This document shows, in pieces, positions 26,499 to 37,142 of a DNA stretch of 64,000 nt; position 1 is the stretch's first letter; each line of letters begins with the position of its first letter. Source of the stretch: Anaerolineae bacterium. Its GTDB lineage: Bacteria; Chloroflexota; Anaerolineae; UBA1429. The translations under genes and the position numbers were made by a program. The DNA lies in the NCBI GenBank assembly GCA_963675785.1, contig OY776562.1:512001-576000 (forward strand), written 5' to 3'. The notes below the pieces were generated by a model. That model worked only from the letters and a program-made list of their open reading frames with translations, searched no databases and was not told where the DNA came from.

Positions 26499-27556
26499 GC
26501 TTGCATGAACAGGCGAGCACGACACTGCTCAAGATTGCCCGCTTTACCTCCAAAGGCTCGGTTATTGCCGTCATTCTGATGCTGGTCGCTATTGTGGTCG
26601 TCAACACCACAAGTCTCAGTGAAGGCTGGATGAGCCTTTTTCTAGATACCAGTGTACTCAATTTTGCATTGCGAGCTGCCGTTCCCTTGGCGCTGGGTGC
26701 AATGTGTGGCATTCTTTGCGAACGCTCGGGCATTATTAACATCGGTATCGAGGGGATGATATTAGCCGGTGCGTTTGGCGCCTTTGTTGTCAAAATTAGC
26801 ACGGCCAGTTTGCCTCTGTGGATGAGTCTGATTCTGGCGACTGTGGCGGGCCTGGCTTCGGGAGCTTTGTTAGGCTTGCTCCATGCGCTGCTCTGTATTC
26901 GCTTTAAAGTGAATCAGATTATCAGCGGTACTGCGATTGTTACCCTGGCTACAGGGCTTACGACCTTTTTGTTTAATCCGTCCTGGTCAAGCAGCGGCAA
27001 GTTTTCGCAATTTGCGATCCCACTATTGTCAAAAATTCCGGCTCTTGGAGAAGTGATTTTTACCAATGGCCCCATCACCTTTATTACACTTGCTCTGGTG
27101 ATCTTTTTGCAGGTCATGCTTTTCAGAAGCAAGTGGGGCTTGCGGACGCGCGCCATCGGTGAGCATCCTCGTGCTGCAGATACTGTGGGTATCAATGTCA
27201 ACAAGCGGCGCTACATCAACACGACTTTGGGTGGGGCCGTGGCCGGCCTGGCCGGCGCTTTTCTGGTTCTTGAGGCCGTTGGTCAATTCACCGAGGGTAT
27301 GAGCTCTGGTCGTGGCTATATTGCTCTGGCTGTAATGATCTTTGGTAACTGGTCTCCCATTGGTGCTTTTGGTGCAGCGCTGCTCTTTGGCTATATGCAG
27401 GGTTTGCTCAATAGCCTTTTGCTGGCGGGTGTGACTACCTTCCCACGACAGTTTTTGAGCATGTTGCCATACGTGGTGACCATTGCTGTGTTGGCTGGTT
27501 TTGTGGGCAAGACCAGGGCGCCTGCGGCCGAAGGCGAGGTCTATGAGACGGAGTGA
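26495..27556 (+). CDS. Nucleoside/sugar ABC permease (NupC-like)
   Basis: ERSGIINIGIEG, GLRTRAIGEHP, GRGYIALA, LPYV. Confidence 0.92.
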   Translation: MSLHEQASTTLLKIARFTSKGSVIAVILMLVAIVVVNTTSLSEGWMSLFLDTSVLNFALRAAVPLALGAMCGILCERSGIINIGIEGMILAGAFGAFVVKISTASLPLWMSLILATVAGLASGALLGLLHALLCIRFKVNQIISGTAIVTLATGLTTFLFNPSWSSSGKFSQFAIPLLSKIPALGEVIFTNGPITFITLALVIFLQVMLFRSKWGLRTRAIGEHPRAADTVGINVNKRRYINTTLGGAVAGLAGAFLVLEAVGQFTEGMSSGRGYIALAVMIFGNWSPIGAFGAALLFGYMQGLLNSLLLAGVTTFPRQFLSMLPYVVTIAVLAGFVGKTRAPAAEGEVYETE

Positions 27557-27560
27557 TGCC

Positions 27561-29087
27561 ATGACAGAGGTGGTTTTGGAGGCCAGAGGTATCACCAAAC
27601 GTTTCCCGGGTGTTCTGGCAAACGATAACGTTTCTCTCTCGTTGCATAAAGGTGAAATCCTTGCTCTGCTGGGTGAAAACGGGGCCGGGAAAAGTACGCT
27701 GATGAACGTGGTCTATGGTCTCTATCACCCCGATGAAGGCGAGGTCTATGTTCGCGGTGAGGCGATTCAGCTAAATAGCCCCCGAGACGCTATCGATGCT
27801 GGCATTGGCATGGTGCACCAGCATTTTCAACTTGTTCAGCCCATGACAGTATGTGAAAATATCATTCTGGGCGCTGAGATCGTTGGGCGAAATGGGTTGA
27901 TTGACATTGATAAGGCCCGCCGGCGGGTGATTGACCTCTCGGAGCGTTATGGCCTGGAAGTCGATCCCGATGCTATCATCGAGGAATTGCCTGTAGGTGT
28001 GCAGCAGAGAGTCGAGATTCTCAAGGCACTCTATCGTAATGCCGAGATCCTCATTTTGGACGAGCCCACAGCTGTGCTGACGCCTCAGGAAATTAACGAT
28101 CTTTTTCGAGTGATGAATGGACTGACTGAACGCGGCCACTCGATCATCTTTATCTCACACAAGCTCAAAGAGGTACTAGAGATCTCTCACCGCATTGTGG
28201 TGATGCGTTCTGGCCATAAGGTGGGTGAAACAGTGCCTGCTGAGGCCACTGAAGAATCTTTGGCTGAGATGATGGTGGGACGTGAGGTAATCCTTCAGGT
28301 GCCCAAAGGCAAAGCAGAGCCGGGCAAGGTGGTGCTCTCTGTCGAATCCCTGAGTGCCCGCGATGATGCCCACAGCCTGGCTGTTCAGGATGTTTCTCTT
28401 CAGGTGCGTGCTGGTGAGATTTTAGGAGTTGCCGGTGTACAGGGCAATGGGCAGACCGAATTCGTCGAAGTGTTAACCGGCCTGCGAAAGGTCGAATCAG
28501 GTTCGTTCAGCCTGAATGGCAAAGATGTTACACATGCCAGTGTTCGACACCTTGTTGAAGGCGGGTTGGCCCACATTCCTGAAAATCGTCACCGCTACGG
28601 CATGATTGATTCCTTCCCATTATCCGAGAACTTGGTGCTAAACACTTATCAGCATGAGCCTTTTTCTCGTCACGGCATCCGTGACTATGAGGCCATTGCC
28701 GAGAATGCTAATCAGCTTGTTCAAGAGTTTGATGTGCGCACACCGGGCATCAGCACTCTGGCCGGTACGCTATCTGGGGGTAACCAGCAAAAGCTGGTGG
28801 TAGCGCGAGAACTGGGGCGCGAGATTCACTTGTTGATTGCTGCTCAACCCACGCGTGGCGTTGATGTGGGTTCAATCGAGTTCATTCACTCTCAGATCGT
28901 TGCTCAGCGCGACAGGGGAGTGGCGGTTCTGTTGGTTTCGGCTGAATTGGACGAGATCATGTCGCTGTCGGATCGCATTGCCGTCATGTACGAGGGGCGC
29001 ATTATCGATACACTGGACGCCACGCGAGCAACGCGCGAGCAGATCGGTTTGCTGATGGCCGGTGTTAAGAATGGCGCAACCAGATAG
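27561..29087 (+). CDS. Nucleoside/sugar ABC ATPase with two NBDs (NupA-like)
   Basis: GENGAGKST, MVHQHF, LDEPT, LSGGNQQK, QPTRGVD. ATG at 27561. Confidence 0.93.
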   Translation: MTEVVLEARGITKRFPGVLANDNVSLSLHKGEILALLGENGAGKSTLMNVVYGLYHPDEGEVYVRGEAIQLNSPRDAIDAGIGMVHQHFQLVQPMTVCENIILGAEIVGRNGLIDIDKARRRVIDLSERYGLEVDPDAIIEELPVGVQQRVEILKALYRNAEILILDEPTAVLTPQEINDLFRVMNGLTERGHSIIFISHKLKEVLEISHRIVVMRSGHKVGETVPAEATEESLAEMMVGREVILQVPKGKAEPGKVVLSVESLSARDDAHSLAVQDVSLQVRAGEILGVAGVQGNGQTEFVEVLTGLRKVESGSFSLNGKDVTHASVRHLVEGGLAHIPENRHRYGMIDSFPLSENLVLNTYQHEPFSRHGIRDYEAIAENANQLVQEFDVRTPGISTLAGTLSGGNQQKLVVARELGREIHLLIAAQPTRGVDVGSIEFIHSQIVAQRDRGVAVLLVSAELDEIMSLSDRIAVMYEGRIIDTLDATRATREQIGLLMAGVKNGATR

Positions 29088-29100
29088 ATTTGGATTGAGG

Positions 29101-29136
29101 ACGGGGGTATCCACATTGTGGATACCCCCGTTTTTC
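29101..29136. terminator. Intrinsic terminator between convergent genes
   Basis: ACGGGGGTATCCAC-ATT-GTGGATACCCCCGT followed by TTTT. Confidence 0.88.
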
Positions 29137-31353
29137 TTAGGTTGTTCCAGTAATGAGGGTACGTTCTTGCGATGTTTCCAGATGGACGGTGATGATCAAA
29201 TCATCGCTAAAGGTGGGCAGATGGATGTGGGTCATGTTGCCCAGCCCTTTGGAAACCACATCCGCCACTTTTATCGTTTCCAGATCAGAGGGCCGCTGGA
29301 AGATGACCGTGTAGGTGCCATTGGGCAGCCGGAGTGTGGCACTGCTTTTGTCAACAGTGGTGCCGGATGCCTTTGTGCAGCAATAGATGATGCATTGGTT
29401 ATGCGAAGGAGTTACGAGTGCAGCATGAACGAGTCTCTCGTCAGCCGTGCCAAAGGTCGTCAGAGATGGGCTCATCTTCCAAAAGGGTTGACTTTGGAAA
29501 AAGTGGGCCATAGGTTCGGTGAATTCCTGCCCCGGTGCATAGTATGTTTGTTCATCAATGCCTTCACAGCCATCCCAACTGTGCCAGGTCCAAAAGGCGC
29601 CAGCCGCACACCACAGCCAACCCTGTTTACGGCGATGAACGCCGTCATCATTGCGATGGCGTTTCTCTCTCCCCGATTCGTTACACCAGGCTGGTTTGCC
29701 GTGAGATCGCGTGTTTCGTGCCAGAGCAAGGTACCAATCTTCAAGGCTGTGCTGCTCGGTGGATGACGTGCACGAATGATTGATTGCCAGGTCCACCCAC
29801 ACCTTATCTGGCCAAACGGCATCATCAGTGGTGCCATCCGAGGTGCATACTGGGTGGCGACGCACATCGTGCTGGTGTATGTAGGTGCCTGCTGCATCTT
29901 GAAAGATCTCGTTAGCTATGTATTCGTTGGCAATCTCCCAAGTTAGCACGTTGGCGTAACGACTCAGACGTTCCAGCGTGTATTGCCAGTAGGGGCGCTG
30001 TTGCACAATATCCTCTTTTGTGGGATGCAGCGTAAAGTAGAGCACGATATCCAACCCCAAACCGTGTTCTCCGGCCAGTCGGATACGCTCTTCCACGCGA
30101 TCCCAGTAATTTTTATTGAAACAACACCATTTCGGGTCCGCGCGAGTGCCACCCCAAGGCCACATATCCATGCCCAACTGTTCGTAATAGGGAGCACCCT
30201 CCAGAGCAACGCGCAGCACATTGACACCCTGCCTTTTTGCTCGTTCGATCACATCAAGAGGGTTCTCACAAGCGAAATAGGCCCAGGCTGTCTTGTTGAG
30301 AATGAATAGATGGTCCCCCTCGTCGTTGACGAGTTGGTGTGGATAATCCGAGTCGACACGGTAAGGCGACGTCCAAGGAGGTGCAAAAGAAACCATCTCT
30401 TGGTGATATAGGATGGGGTCAGTAGCATCGTACCGGCCGGAGAAGCGCAGCAGTAGCTCTTCTCTGGTTTGGGGCGAACCGTCTTCTGCCAAGAACACAT
30501 CGGTCCATGCGGGTCGTGTCGCCGGGTCAGTCAGTGCGGCGTACGCTTTGGGGTTACGCAGATTGAGCGTGCCCAGGCGTGGGATCCACAGGCCGCCATA
30601 TTTGGCGTGGGTACGCACCTGAAAAGGTTTCAGGTCGAACATTCGGAATGTCGGGGTTGCAGCAGGTAGCTTGTCCAACAACTCTCCTTGAGCATCAACG
30701 GCATAGCTGCCCCCGTTAAAGATAGCCATGACGATGGGGATTTCACTGTCATAGGCGCGGGCGGGCACGAGATGCTGCATATCGTCAGCAATGGACTGAT
30801 GCAAGATGATGTCGGCACCCAACAGCGCTTCGCAACGCACTGTCTCTGGAAACCACATATCGGCACAGATGCTAATGCCGTATTTCACGCCGTGTAATTC
30901 GATGGGAGAAAAACTATCACCTTGCGACCAGCCCCACCAGGTTTGTTCGCCCAGATTAGCCTGGACTTTGCGATATTTGCCCACAAACTGCCCCAGCTCA
31001 TCGAGCAGAACAGCGGTACTGTAGAGGTTTTCACCCTCAGTCTCGACCATCCAGCCAAGGATCGGTGTTCCAATCTCGATGGCTAGTTTTACATAACGCA
31101 TATACCAAAATCCGTCACCCGGTATAGTCTCGGCAATGCCGTTGATCTCGTTTTCGGCGGGATAGGGCCACCCTGTAATGGCATATTCTGGAAAGACGAT
31201 GATATCCGGGTTTTGTTTTGTGGCATCGCGTGCCAGGTCGCTGAATAGGGCCCAGTTGGCCTCCATGCCAGGGTTGCCATTTTCGCTGTGTTGCATACCT
31301 GCTTGTAATACAGCTATAGCAACAGTTCGGGCCTGTTCTTGGGGGTTATGCAT
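29137..31353 (-). CDS. Fusion: nitrilase/C-N hydrolase + DUF4038 (apiosidase-like) glycoside hydrolase domain
   Basis: N-half has the triad FPEY, YRKV, ICAD. C-half has TAW, GVNVLR, YWDRVEERI, WEIANE, NESG plus a beta-rich tail. ATG at 31353 after AAGGAG. Confidence 0.78.
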   Translation of the reverse strand: MHNPQEQARTVAIAVLQAGMQHSENGNPGMEANWALFSDLARDATKQNPDIIVFPEYAITGWPYPAENEINGIAETIPGDGFWYMRYVKLAIEIGTPILGWMVETEGENLYSTAVLLDELGQFVGKYRKVQANLGEQTWWGWSQGDSFSPIELHGVKYGISICADMWFPETVRCEALLGADIILHQSIADDMQHLVPARAYDSEIPIVMAIFNGGSYAVDAQGELLDKLPAATPTFRMFDLKPFQVRTHAKYGGLWIPRLGTLNLRNPKAYAALTDPATRPAWTDVFLAEDGSPQTREELLLRFSGRYDATDPILYHQEMVSFAPPWTSPYRVDSDYPHQLVNDEGDHLFILNKTAWAYFACENPLDVIERAKRQGVNVLRVALEGAPYYEQLGMDMWPWGGTRADPKWCCFNKNYWDRVEERIRLAGEHGLGLDIVLYFTLHPTKEDIVQQRPYWQYTLERLSRYANVLTWEIANEYIANEIFQDAAGTYIHQHDVRRHPVCTSDGTTDDAVWPDKVWVDLAINHSCTSSTEQHSLEDWYLALARNTRSHGKPAWCNESGREKRHRNDDGVHRRKQGWLWCAAGAFWTWHSWDGCEGIDEQTYYAPGQEFTEPMAHFFQSQPFWKMSPSLTTFGTADERLVHAALVTPSHNQCIIYCCTKASGTTVDKSSATLRLPNGTYTVIFQRPSDLETIKVADVVSKGLGNMTHIHLPTFSDDLIITVHLETSQERTLITGTT

Positions 31354-32359
31354 TGAGAGATTCTCCTTTGGGAGCGGCACTGGTGCAAAAGACCCATAAT
31401 TGCGCGAGGTATTCGCGGTATTCGGCCAGTGACACACCTGGAGGTGTTTGGTGATCGACACCGGGAAGAAAGCCGCCAGAGCGAGCTAAAGGCAACAATC
31501 GCTCAAATTCAGCACCGATCGCTTTAGCTCCCTTGTTCATTACCATCTTGTCATAATGTCCGACCATGCACCAATGCGAGTGAATTGTACGCAGGGCATT
31601 GCCATCTACACCTGCCTGACGTTCAAGCGGTAGCACACCATCAATGCCGCAGTGTGTCAGCCAGGGGATCATTTTCGAGATATCGCCGTCACTATCGACA
31701 ATCACCAAGGTGCCCATATCATGAAGCAAGGGCACAAGCACATCATAATAAGGCGCGATAAAGGTGTTATAGAGTGATTCGGAAAGCATGGGGCCGTTGT
31801 TGTAGGACATGTCTTCGGCAAAGGTCATGAATACCGGCGGACAAATGCGCTTGACCTCTTCCAATAAGCGTACATAGTATTCGGTCAAGTCCTCATTCAT
31901 GCGCTTGAGCAGATCGGGCTGGTCGTAAAAGGAATAGAGGTGTTGCTCAATACCAAACAGGGTACGCGGATACCAGAAAAAGCCCTCCAGGGTTAGCCAG
32001 ATGACGGCTTCTCCTCTGGATTGCTCTTCACCCCAGCGAGCCAGATTTTCCAGCGCCTGGGTTGATGGCGGATAGAGATGGGGCAGCATTGCGCAATAGT
32101 CCTCTTTGTCTTTGATGAGGCCAGCGCCGTGATAGGCTGGTTGGGGCAGGGTGGCAGCGCGGGGTGAATGGCGCACTTGGTAGTAGACATCGAGACCAAA
32201 GTAACGGACAATGTCATAACGGTCGGTTAATTCTCGCGGCAGCCCCTCAGCATGCCAGCGTTCGATTGTTTTATCCCACCATGAGGCCCACTCGATAAAG
32301 GGCAGGCGATCGACGGGTTGAAAGTGCATCAATGCGCGAAATCGTTCGACGTGATCCAT
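31346..32359 (-). CDS. Uroporphyrinogen decarboxylase-fold (UroD/MtaA-CmuA-like) protein
   Basis: PVDRLP, AEDMSYNNGPMLS, DSDG, GGFLPGVDH. ATG at 32359. Confidence 0.85.
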   Translation of the reverse strand: MDHVERFRALMHFQPVDRLPFIEWASWWDKTIERWHAEGLPRELTDRYDIVRYFGLDVYYQVRHSPRAATLPQPAYHGAGLIKDKEDYCAMLPHLYPPSTQALENLARWGEEQSRGEAVIWLTLEGFFWYPRTLFGIEQHLYSFYDQPDLLKRMNEDLTEYYVRLLEEVKRICPPVFMTFAEDMSYNNGPMLSESLYNTFIAPYYDVLVPLLHDMGTLVIVDSDGDISKMIPWLTHCGIDGVLPLERQAGVDGNALRTIHSHWCMVGHYDKMVMNKGAKAIGAEFERLLPLARSGGFLPGVDHQTPPGVSLAEYREYLAQLWVFCTSAAPKGESLNA

Positions 32360-32497
32360 TAGTCCCCGATCTTGATGAAATGGTTTGATGCAGCCCAGTC
32401 TAGCAAAGGCTTTGGTTGACGACAAGCATCTGGAACCTGGAATCATCCATTTGCGTCTCAGCTGGGGACGGTGTAGGTCAATACAAGGTTGGTAGAG

Positions 32498-34120
32498 ATG
32501 AACTTTTTTCGCCACAACCACAAAACGATTCACTTGGTGTCGGCGCTTTTGGTGACCCTCAGTTTATTGTTATCGTCATGCTCTTCTGATCCGACGGCAA
32601 CCCCGGTTACATCGTCGACGCTTTCACCCACCACTACCCTCGAACCGACCAGCACACCCGAAATTATTTCTGGCATTGCTCAAGTGGATACGGTAACTGT
32701 ACAACTACTCGAATCGTGGCCTGTTCAGGCCAATGTGGTTGTCAAGGGGATGCTCGAGGATGGCTGCACGACGATCGATGAAATTAGCACCGAGGCCACG
32801 GGGGATGGATTTACGATTTCGATTACTACGGTTCGCCCGGCTGATATGATCTGCACACAGGCTTTGGTGCCCTTTGAAGAAGTTATCCCCCTCGATATTT
32901 TGGGACTAACCGCCGGCAGCTATACGGTGAACGTGAACGGTGTTAAAGAGGTCTTTTCTCTTGACGCTGACAATGTGCAGGTTGGTCAGAATGATGTTGA
33001 GTTGAGCCGCTATGAAACATCTGCTGGCATCAGCCTCTTAGCCCCCGTTACCTGGGAGCAAGCGCTCGAAGATACATGGGTATCTTCTGATGGTTTGACG
33101 TTATCGGTCGAACTGTTGGATGTAGAGACGCTGGAAGATGCTGAAGAGCTTGTCACAGAGGGAAAAGAAGTTCTCTCACGCCTATCGACTAAAATTACAT
33201 GGGGAACCGGGATTTTGCTGGCGACCAGGGATACTGAAGACGAATTCAGGCAGTATCAGATGCTGGGCACCTTGAACGATCAGTTTATTCTGCTTTCGCT
33301 CTCGGCTTTGGATCGGGCTCTGCTGGAAGAGAATTCGGATCTCTTTGAACAAATCTATAGCAGCGTCAAGGCTATGGAAGCTGGAGCAGAATATGAAACG
33401 AGTCTGGCACCCGTCGAGACGGTAACCATCGAGATGACAGATTCGGTTCCGGTAGAGGCCACCGCGATTATTGAGGGATACCTGCCCGATGGCTGTACAG
33501 AGATCGATGCGGTGGATACGACTTATGATGCGCTCACTCGCACATTCCACGTTGCTGTCGAGACCCTCCGCCCGACTGATACTGGCTGCACGGAGGCGAT
33601 TGAACCGTTTGAGCAGCGAGTCCCGTTGCAGGTATACGGTTTGGCCGCAGGCGAATATACTGTCGAGGTGAACGGTGTCAAGGCTGTGTTTGAGCTGGAG
33701 CGCGACAATCGCAGCTATGCCTCGGCGGTGTCTCAGGAGGGTGTGGTTACAGTTCAATTGCCCCAATATGCGCTGCTTGTGGCGGTGCCTGAAGAATGGG
33801 AGCAGACGACCACAGGGTGGCTGGCTGAGGACGGTACGGTGATTGGCGTAGATGTGTACGAGCTGGCAGATGGCGAGACACTGCTCGATGTGTTACCTTC
33901 TGGTGGTTGTATCACAGGTTGCTCAACGCCCAGTTTGGAATGGTCTGGTGCTCTGCGCTGTCTTGTGACACTGGACGGGCAGTTTGAGGATCATGTGCTG
34001 GTGGTGCTTGAAAATGGCTCTGTGTTGGATTTGTACCGTCGAGCTGAGACAGAGGAATTGCTTGAAGACACGGACGAGTCATTCTTGCAAATGTGCCAGA
34101 GTGTAGAGCTGGAGAGTTAG
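32498..34120 (+). CDS. Acidic lipoprotein with internal duplication
   Basis: Lipobox LSSC, Thr/Pro linker, two copies of ES.PV.A..GxLxDGCT...CT.A..PFE..PL...GL.AG.YTV.VNGV. Confidence 0.75.
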   Translation: MNFFRHNHKTIHLVSALLVTLSLLLSSCSSDPTATPVTSSTLSPTTTLEPTSTPEIISGIAQVDTVTVQLLESWPVQANVVVKGMLEDGCTTIDEISTEATGDGFTISITTVRPADMICTQALVPFEEVIPLDILGLTAGSYTVNVNGVKEVFSLDADNVQVGQNDVELSRYETSAGISLLAPVTWEQALEDTWVSSDGLTLSVELLDVETLEDAEELVTEGKEVLSRLSTKITWGTGILLATRDTEDEFRQYQMLGTLNDQFILLSLSALDRALLEENSDLFEQIYSSVKAMEAGAEYETSLAPVETVTIEMTDSVPVEATAIIEGYLPDGCTEIDAVDTTYDALTRTFHVAVETLRPTDTGCTEAIEPFEQRVPLQVYGLAAGEYTVEVNGVKAVFELERDNRSYASAVSQEGVVTVQLPQYALLVAVPEEWEQTTTGWLAEDGTVIGVDVYELADGETLLDVLPSGGCITGCSTPSLEWSGALRCLVTLDGQFEDHVLVVLENGSVLDLYRRAETEELLEDTDESFLQMCQSVELES

Positions 34121-34136
34121 CATTCGGGCCAAAAGC

Positions 34137-34171
34137 AAAAACGGGGCGATGAATTCAATCGCCCCGTTTTT
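34137..34171. terminator. Bidirectional intrinsic terminator
   Basis: AAAAACGGGGCGAT-GAATTCA-ATCGCCCCGTTTTT. Confidence 0.9.
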
Positions 34172-34178
34172 AATTTCT

Positions 34179-36083
34179 CTAGATATCGAGATTTTCGACT
34201 TCTTTGGCATGAGTTAGGATAAATTTGCGTCGGGGCGGTACATCGCTGCCCATGAGCATGTCGAATGTGTGATCACATACGGCGGGGTCATCAATGCTGA
34301 CTTGGAGCAAGTTTCGTGTCTCTGGATTCATGGTCGTGGTCCAAAGCTGCTCAGCATTCATTTCGCCCAGACCCTTGTACCTCTGAACATCCACGCTTCT
34401 GGCGCGAGAGGAGGCCATATAGGCTTCTCTTTCCTCTTCGCTGTATACATATACCGCGGAACGAGAGGTTGTTAGTTTGTAGAGCGGCGGCTGGGCCAGG
34501 TAGAGATACCCGTCGGTAATAAGTTTTTCCATGTAGCGGTAAAAGAAGGTGAGCAACAGAGTGCTGATATGGGCGCCGTCCACATCGGCATCGGTCATGA
34601 TAATGACCTTGTGATAGCGCAGTCCGCTGATATCGAACTGGTTGCCGATGCCAGTGCCCAGGGTCTGTATCATGGCACGAATGGGGATACTCTTGAGTGC
34701 CCGCTCTACTCTTTCCTTTTCAACATTGAGCACTTTGCCGCGCAACGGCAGTACAGCCTGAAAACGTCGATCGCGCCCCTGCTTGGCTGAGCCGCCGGCC
34801 GAATCGCCTTCGACGATAAATATCTCTGACTTGGCGGGGGCGCGTTCTGAGCAATCGGAAAAGTTACCCGGCAGTGTACTGGATTCCAGCACTGATTTGC
34901 GCACCACGAGCTCGCGTGCCTGGCGCGCCGCTGCTCTGGCTCGTGCAGCAGTATGAGCCTTGCGCACAATGGCTGTAGCCTCTTTTGAGTTGTTCTCCAA
35001 CCAGGCACTCAGTGCTTCCGAGATGACGCTGGCTACTTGCCCGGCCAGTTCAGCATTGCCCAATTTGGCTTTGGTCTGGCTCTCGAACTGAGGATCTGAT
35101 AGTTTAACACTGAGAACGGCTGTCAGTCCTTCACGGACGTCTTCGCCGGAAAGGTTCGTATCTTTGTCTTTGAGGATGGCCTTGCGGCGGGCAAAATCGT
35201 TCAACGACCGCGTTAGCGCACTGCGAAAACCGGTGACGTGGGTACCGCCGTCTACTGTGTTAATGTTGTTGGCAAAGCTAAAGGCGCTCTCGGCGTAGCC
35301 ATCGGTGTATTGTATGGCCGCTTCGATAGTAGTGCCCTCGATCTCTTGTGATACAAAAAACGGTTCGTGCAGGCAGTGCCGGTTACGGTTAAGGTAACGT
35401 ACAAATGAATTAGCACCGCCTTCAAAATGAAAGGTGCGTTCATCATCAGTCCGCTCATCGGCGAAATGAATGGTGAGGCCGCTGGTGAGAAAAGCCATCT
35501 CTCGAAAGCGCTGGCAAAGTGTTTTAAAGCGGTAATCCAGCGTCCGCATGATTTCTTCGTCTGGCATGAAACGTGTGGTGGTGCCGTGGTCTTTGACTTT
35601 GCTGTGCTGTGTCACTTCGGTAACGGGAACACCACGCTCATAGCGCTGACGATATTCATAACCTTGATAGTGTACCGTGACTTGGAGCCATTTAGAGAGG
35701 GCATTGACAGCCGAAACGCCCACACCGTGCAGGCCGCTGGCTACTTTGTAACCACCGCCACCAAATTTACTGCCTGCATGCAGCACCGTGTGTACTACCT
35801 CAAGGGTGTTCTTGCCCGTTGTGGGTTCAATGCCTACGGGGATGCCGTTGCCATTATCGACAACGCTCACTGAGCCATCCTTATGTAGGACGATATCAAT
35901 GTGGTCACAGCGGCCTGCCAGGGCTTCGTCAATCGAGTTATCGACGACTTCGTAGACCAGATGATGAAGGCCACGAATATCTGTGCTGCCAATGTACATA
36001 CCTGGCCTGCGGCGAACCGCTTCGAGACCTTCGAGAACCTGGATGTCTGCAGCAGTATACAGTGGTGTCTGATTGTCAGGCAT
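34179..36083 (-). CDS. gyrB: Type IIA topoisomerase subunit B (GyrB/ParE family)
   Basis: [59 protein letters not shown] at 36083. GyrB versus ParE role cannot be settled by eye. Confidence 0.85.
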   Translation of the reverse strand: MPDNQTPLYTAADIQVLEGLEAVRRRPGMYIGSTDIRGLHHLVYEVVDNSIDEALAGRCDHIDIVLHKDGSVSVVDNGNGIPVGIEPTTGKNTLEVVHTVLHAGSKFGGGGYKVASGLHGVGVSAVNALSKWLQVTVHYQGYEYRQRYERGVPVTEVTQHSKVKDHGTTTRFMPDEEIMRTLDYRFKTLCQRFREMAFLTSGLTIHFADERTDDERTFHFEGGANSFVRYLNRNRHCLHEPFFVSQEIEGTTIEAAIQYTDGYAESAFSFANNINTVDGGTHVTGFRSALTRSLNDFARRKAILKDKDTNLSGEDVREGLTAVLSVKLSDPQFESQTKAKLGNAELAGQVASVISEALSAWLENNSKEATAIVRKAHTAARARAAARQARELVVRKSVLESSTLPGNFSDCSERAPAKSEIFIVEGDSAGGSAKQGRDRRFQAVLPLRGKVLNVEKERVERALKSIPIRAMIQTLGTGIGNQFDISGLRYHKVIIMTDADVDGAHISTLLLTFFYRYMEKLITDGYLYLAQPPLYKLTTSRSAVYVYSEEEREAYMASSRARSVDVQRYKGLGEMNAEQLWTTTMNPETRNLLQVSIDDPAVCDHTFDMLMGSDVPPRRKFILTHAKEVENLDI

Positions 36084-37065
36084 TACGGATCTCGCTCCCT
36101 TCCGACATGCGTTCGCGAATGGCACTTAACTGGTCTCTGTAGAATACAAAGACGGCGGCGATCAGGCCTGTGCCAACAAAGGCGTTGCCTACAATGGCCG
36201 CAATTGTGCCTAGGAGAGAAGTGTTCAATATAGTCCAAAGATAGGACATCCCCATGCGGATGAGTGCTGTTAACAAAATAATGCCCAGCGAGGGCCAAAA
36301 GTTGATGCGAACGATCATCATACTGGCACGGATAGCCTCACGGGTGTGGGCGTGCGTTAGGGCTATTGCTTGCGGCACAAAGTACATGTAAGCAAATGCC
36401 CAAAAGGCCAACGTGGCAATAAAGAGTTCTGCCAAAAGAATGATGACCTGAGCGATGGCACCGAGCCCCGTCATCAGAAGGACAGCCGCCAGCAGGTATA
36501 TCAGAAAGAACACCCCGAGGACGCCAATGATTAACACAATCAAAACGCCAATAAATTTAACGAGTTGTACCCAATAGCTCGGCGCCGACTTGAGGGCGGC
36601 TAACAGACCCTCCTGGTGACCGCGAATGTCTTCGGCGATAAAGCTCCAGTAGATGCAGCCGATGAATAGCCCTAACAAGAGTGCACCAACGACTGCCCCA
36701 AGAGATTGGATATCTGTAGGCAGGTAGAGGACATTGTCATTTGCAAGATCAATGGGCACCAATGCAGAGACGCTTGGAATGACAATGTTGCTTACTGGAA
36801 TCAACGCAAGAATGTTGAATTCACTCCAGGCCGTTGCCAGTGCATCATATTCTGCTACAACCAATGCCGTATCGTCGACGCCCAACAGGTCCGATGTTTC
36901 CTGCAGATTGTCGATCATCAGATCGTATACCTGATTTACGGTTGGCTGCATGGAGACCTTGGGGCCAAAGAGCAGAACCAGGTCCAAAATGATGGGAATG
37001 ATAAAGAGATAGGGTTTCTTGCTGATCAGGCTAAACCCACTTGTGAGCGTATCGATAACTTTCAA
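36076..37065 (-). CDS. Hypothetical multi-pass membrane protein
   Basis: ~6 hydrophobic segments; AGGAGG SD before TTG; overlaps the start of the topoisomerase gene. Confidence 0.75.
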   Translation of the reverse strand: MKVIDTLTSGFSLISKKPYLFIIPIILDLVLLFGPKVSMQPTVNQVYDLMIDNLQETSDLLGVDDTALVVAEYDALATAWSEFNILALIPVSNIVIPSVSALVPIDLANDNVLYLPTDIQSLGAVVGALLLGLFIGCIYWSFIAEDIRGHQEGLLAALKSAPSYWVQLVKFIGVLIVLIIGVLGVFFLIYLLAAVLLMTGLGAIAQVIILLAELFIATLAFWAFAYMYFVPQAIALTHAHTREAIRASMMIVRINFWPSLGIILLTALIRMGMSYLWTILNTSLLGTIAAIVGNAFVGTGLIAAVFVFYRDQLSAIRERMSEGSEIRNA

Positions 37066-37142
37066 TTGGTTTATTACCTCCTGATTGTGTACATTCTACC
37101 ACAAGGCAGGCCGGTCTCGAAAGCCAAGCATAAGGAAACGAA

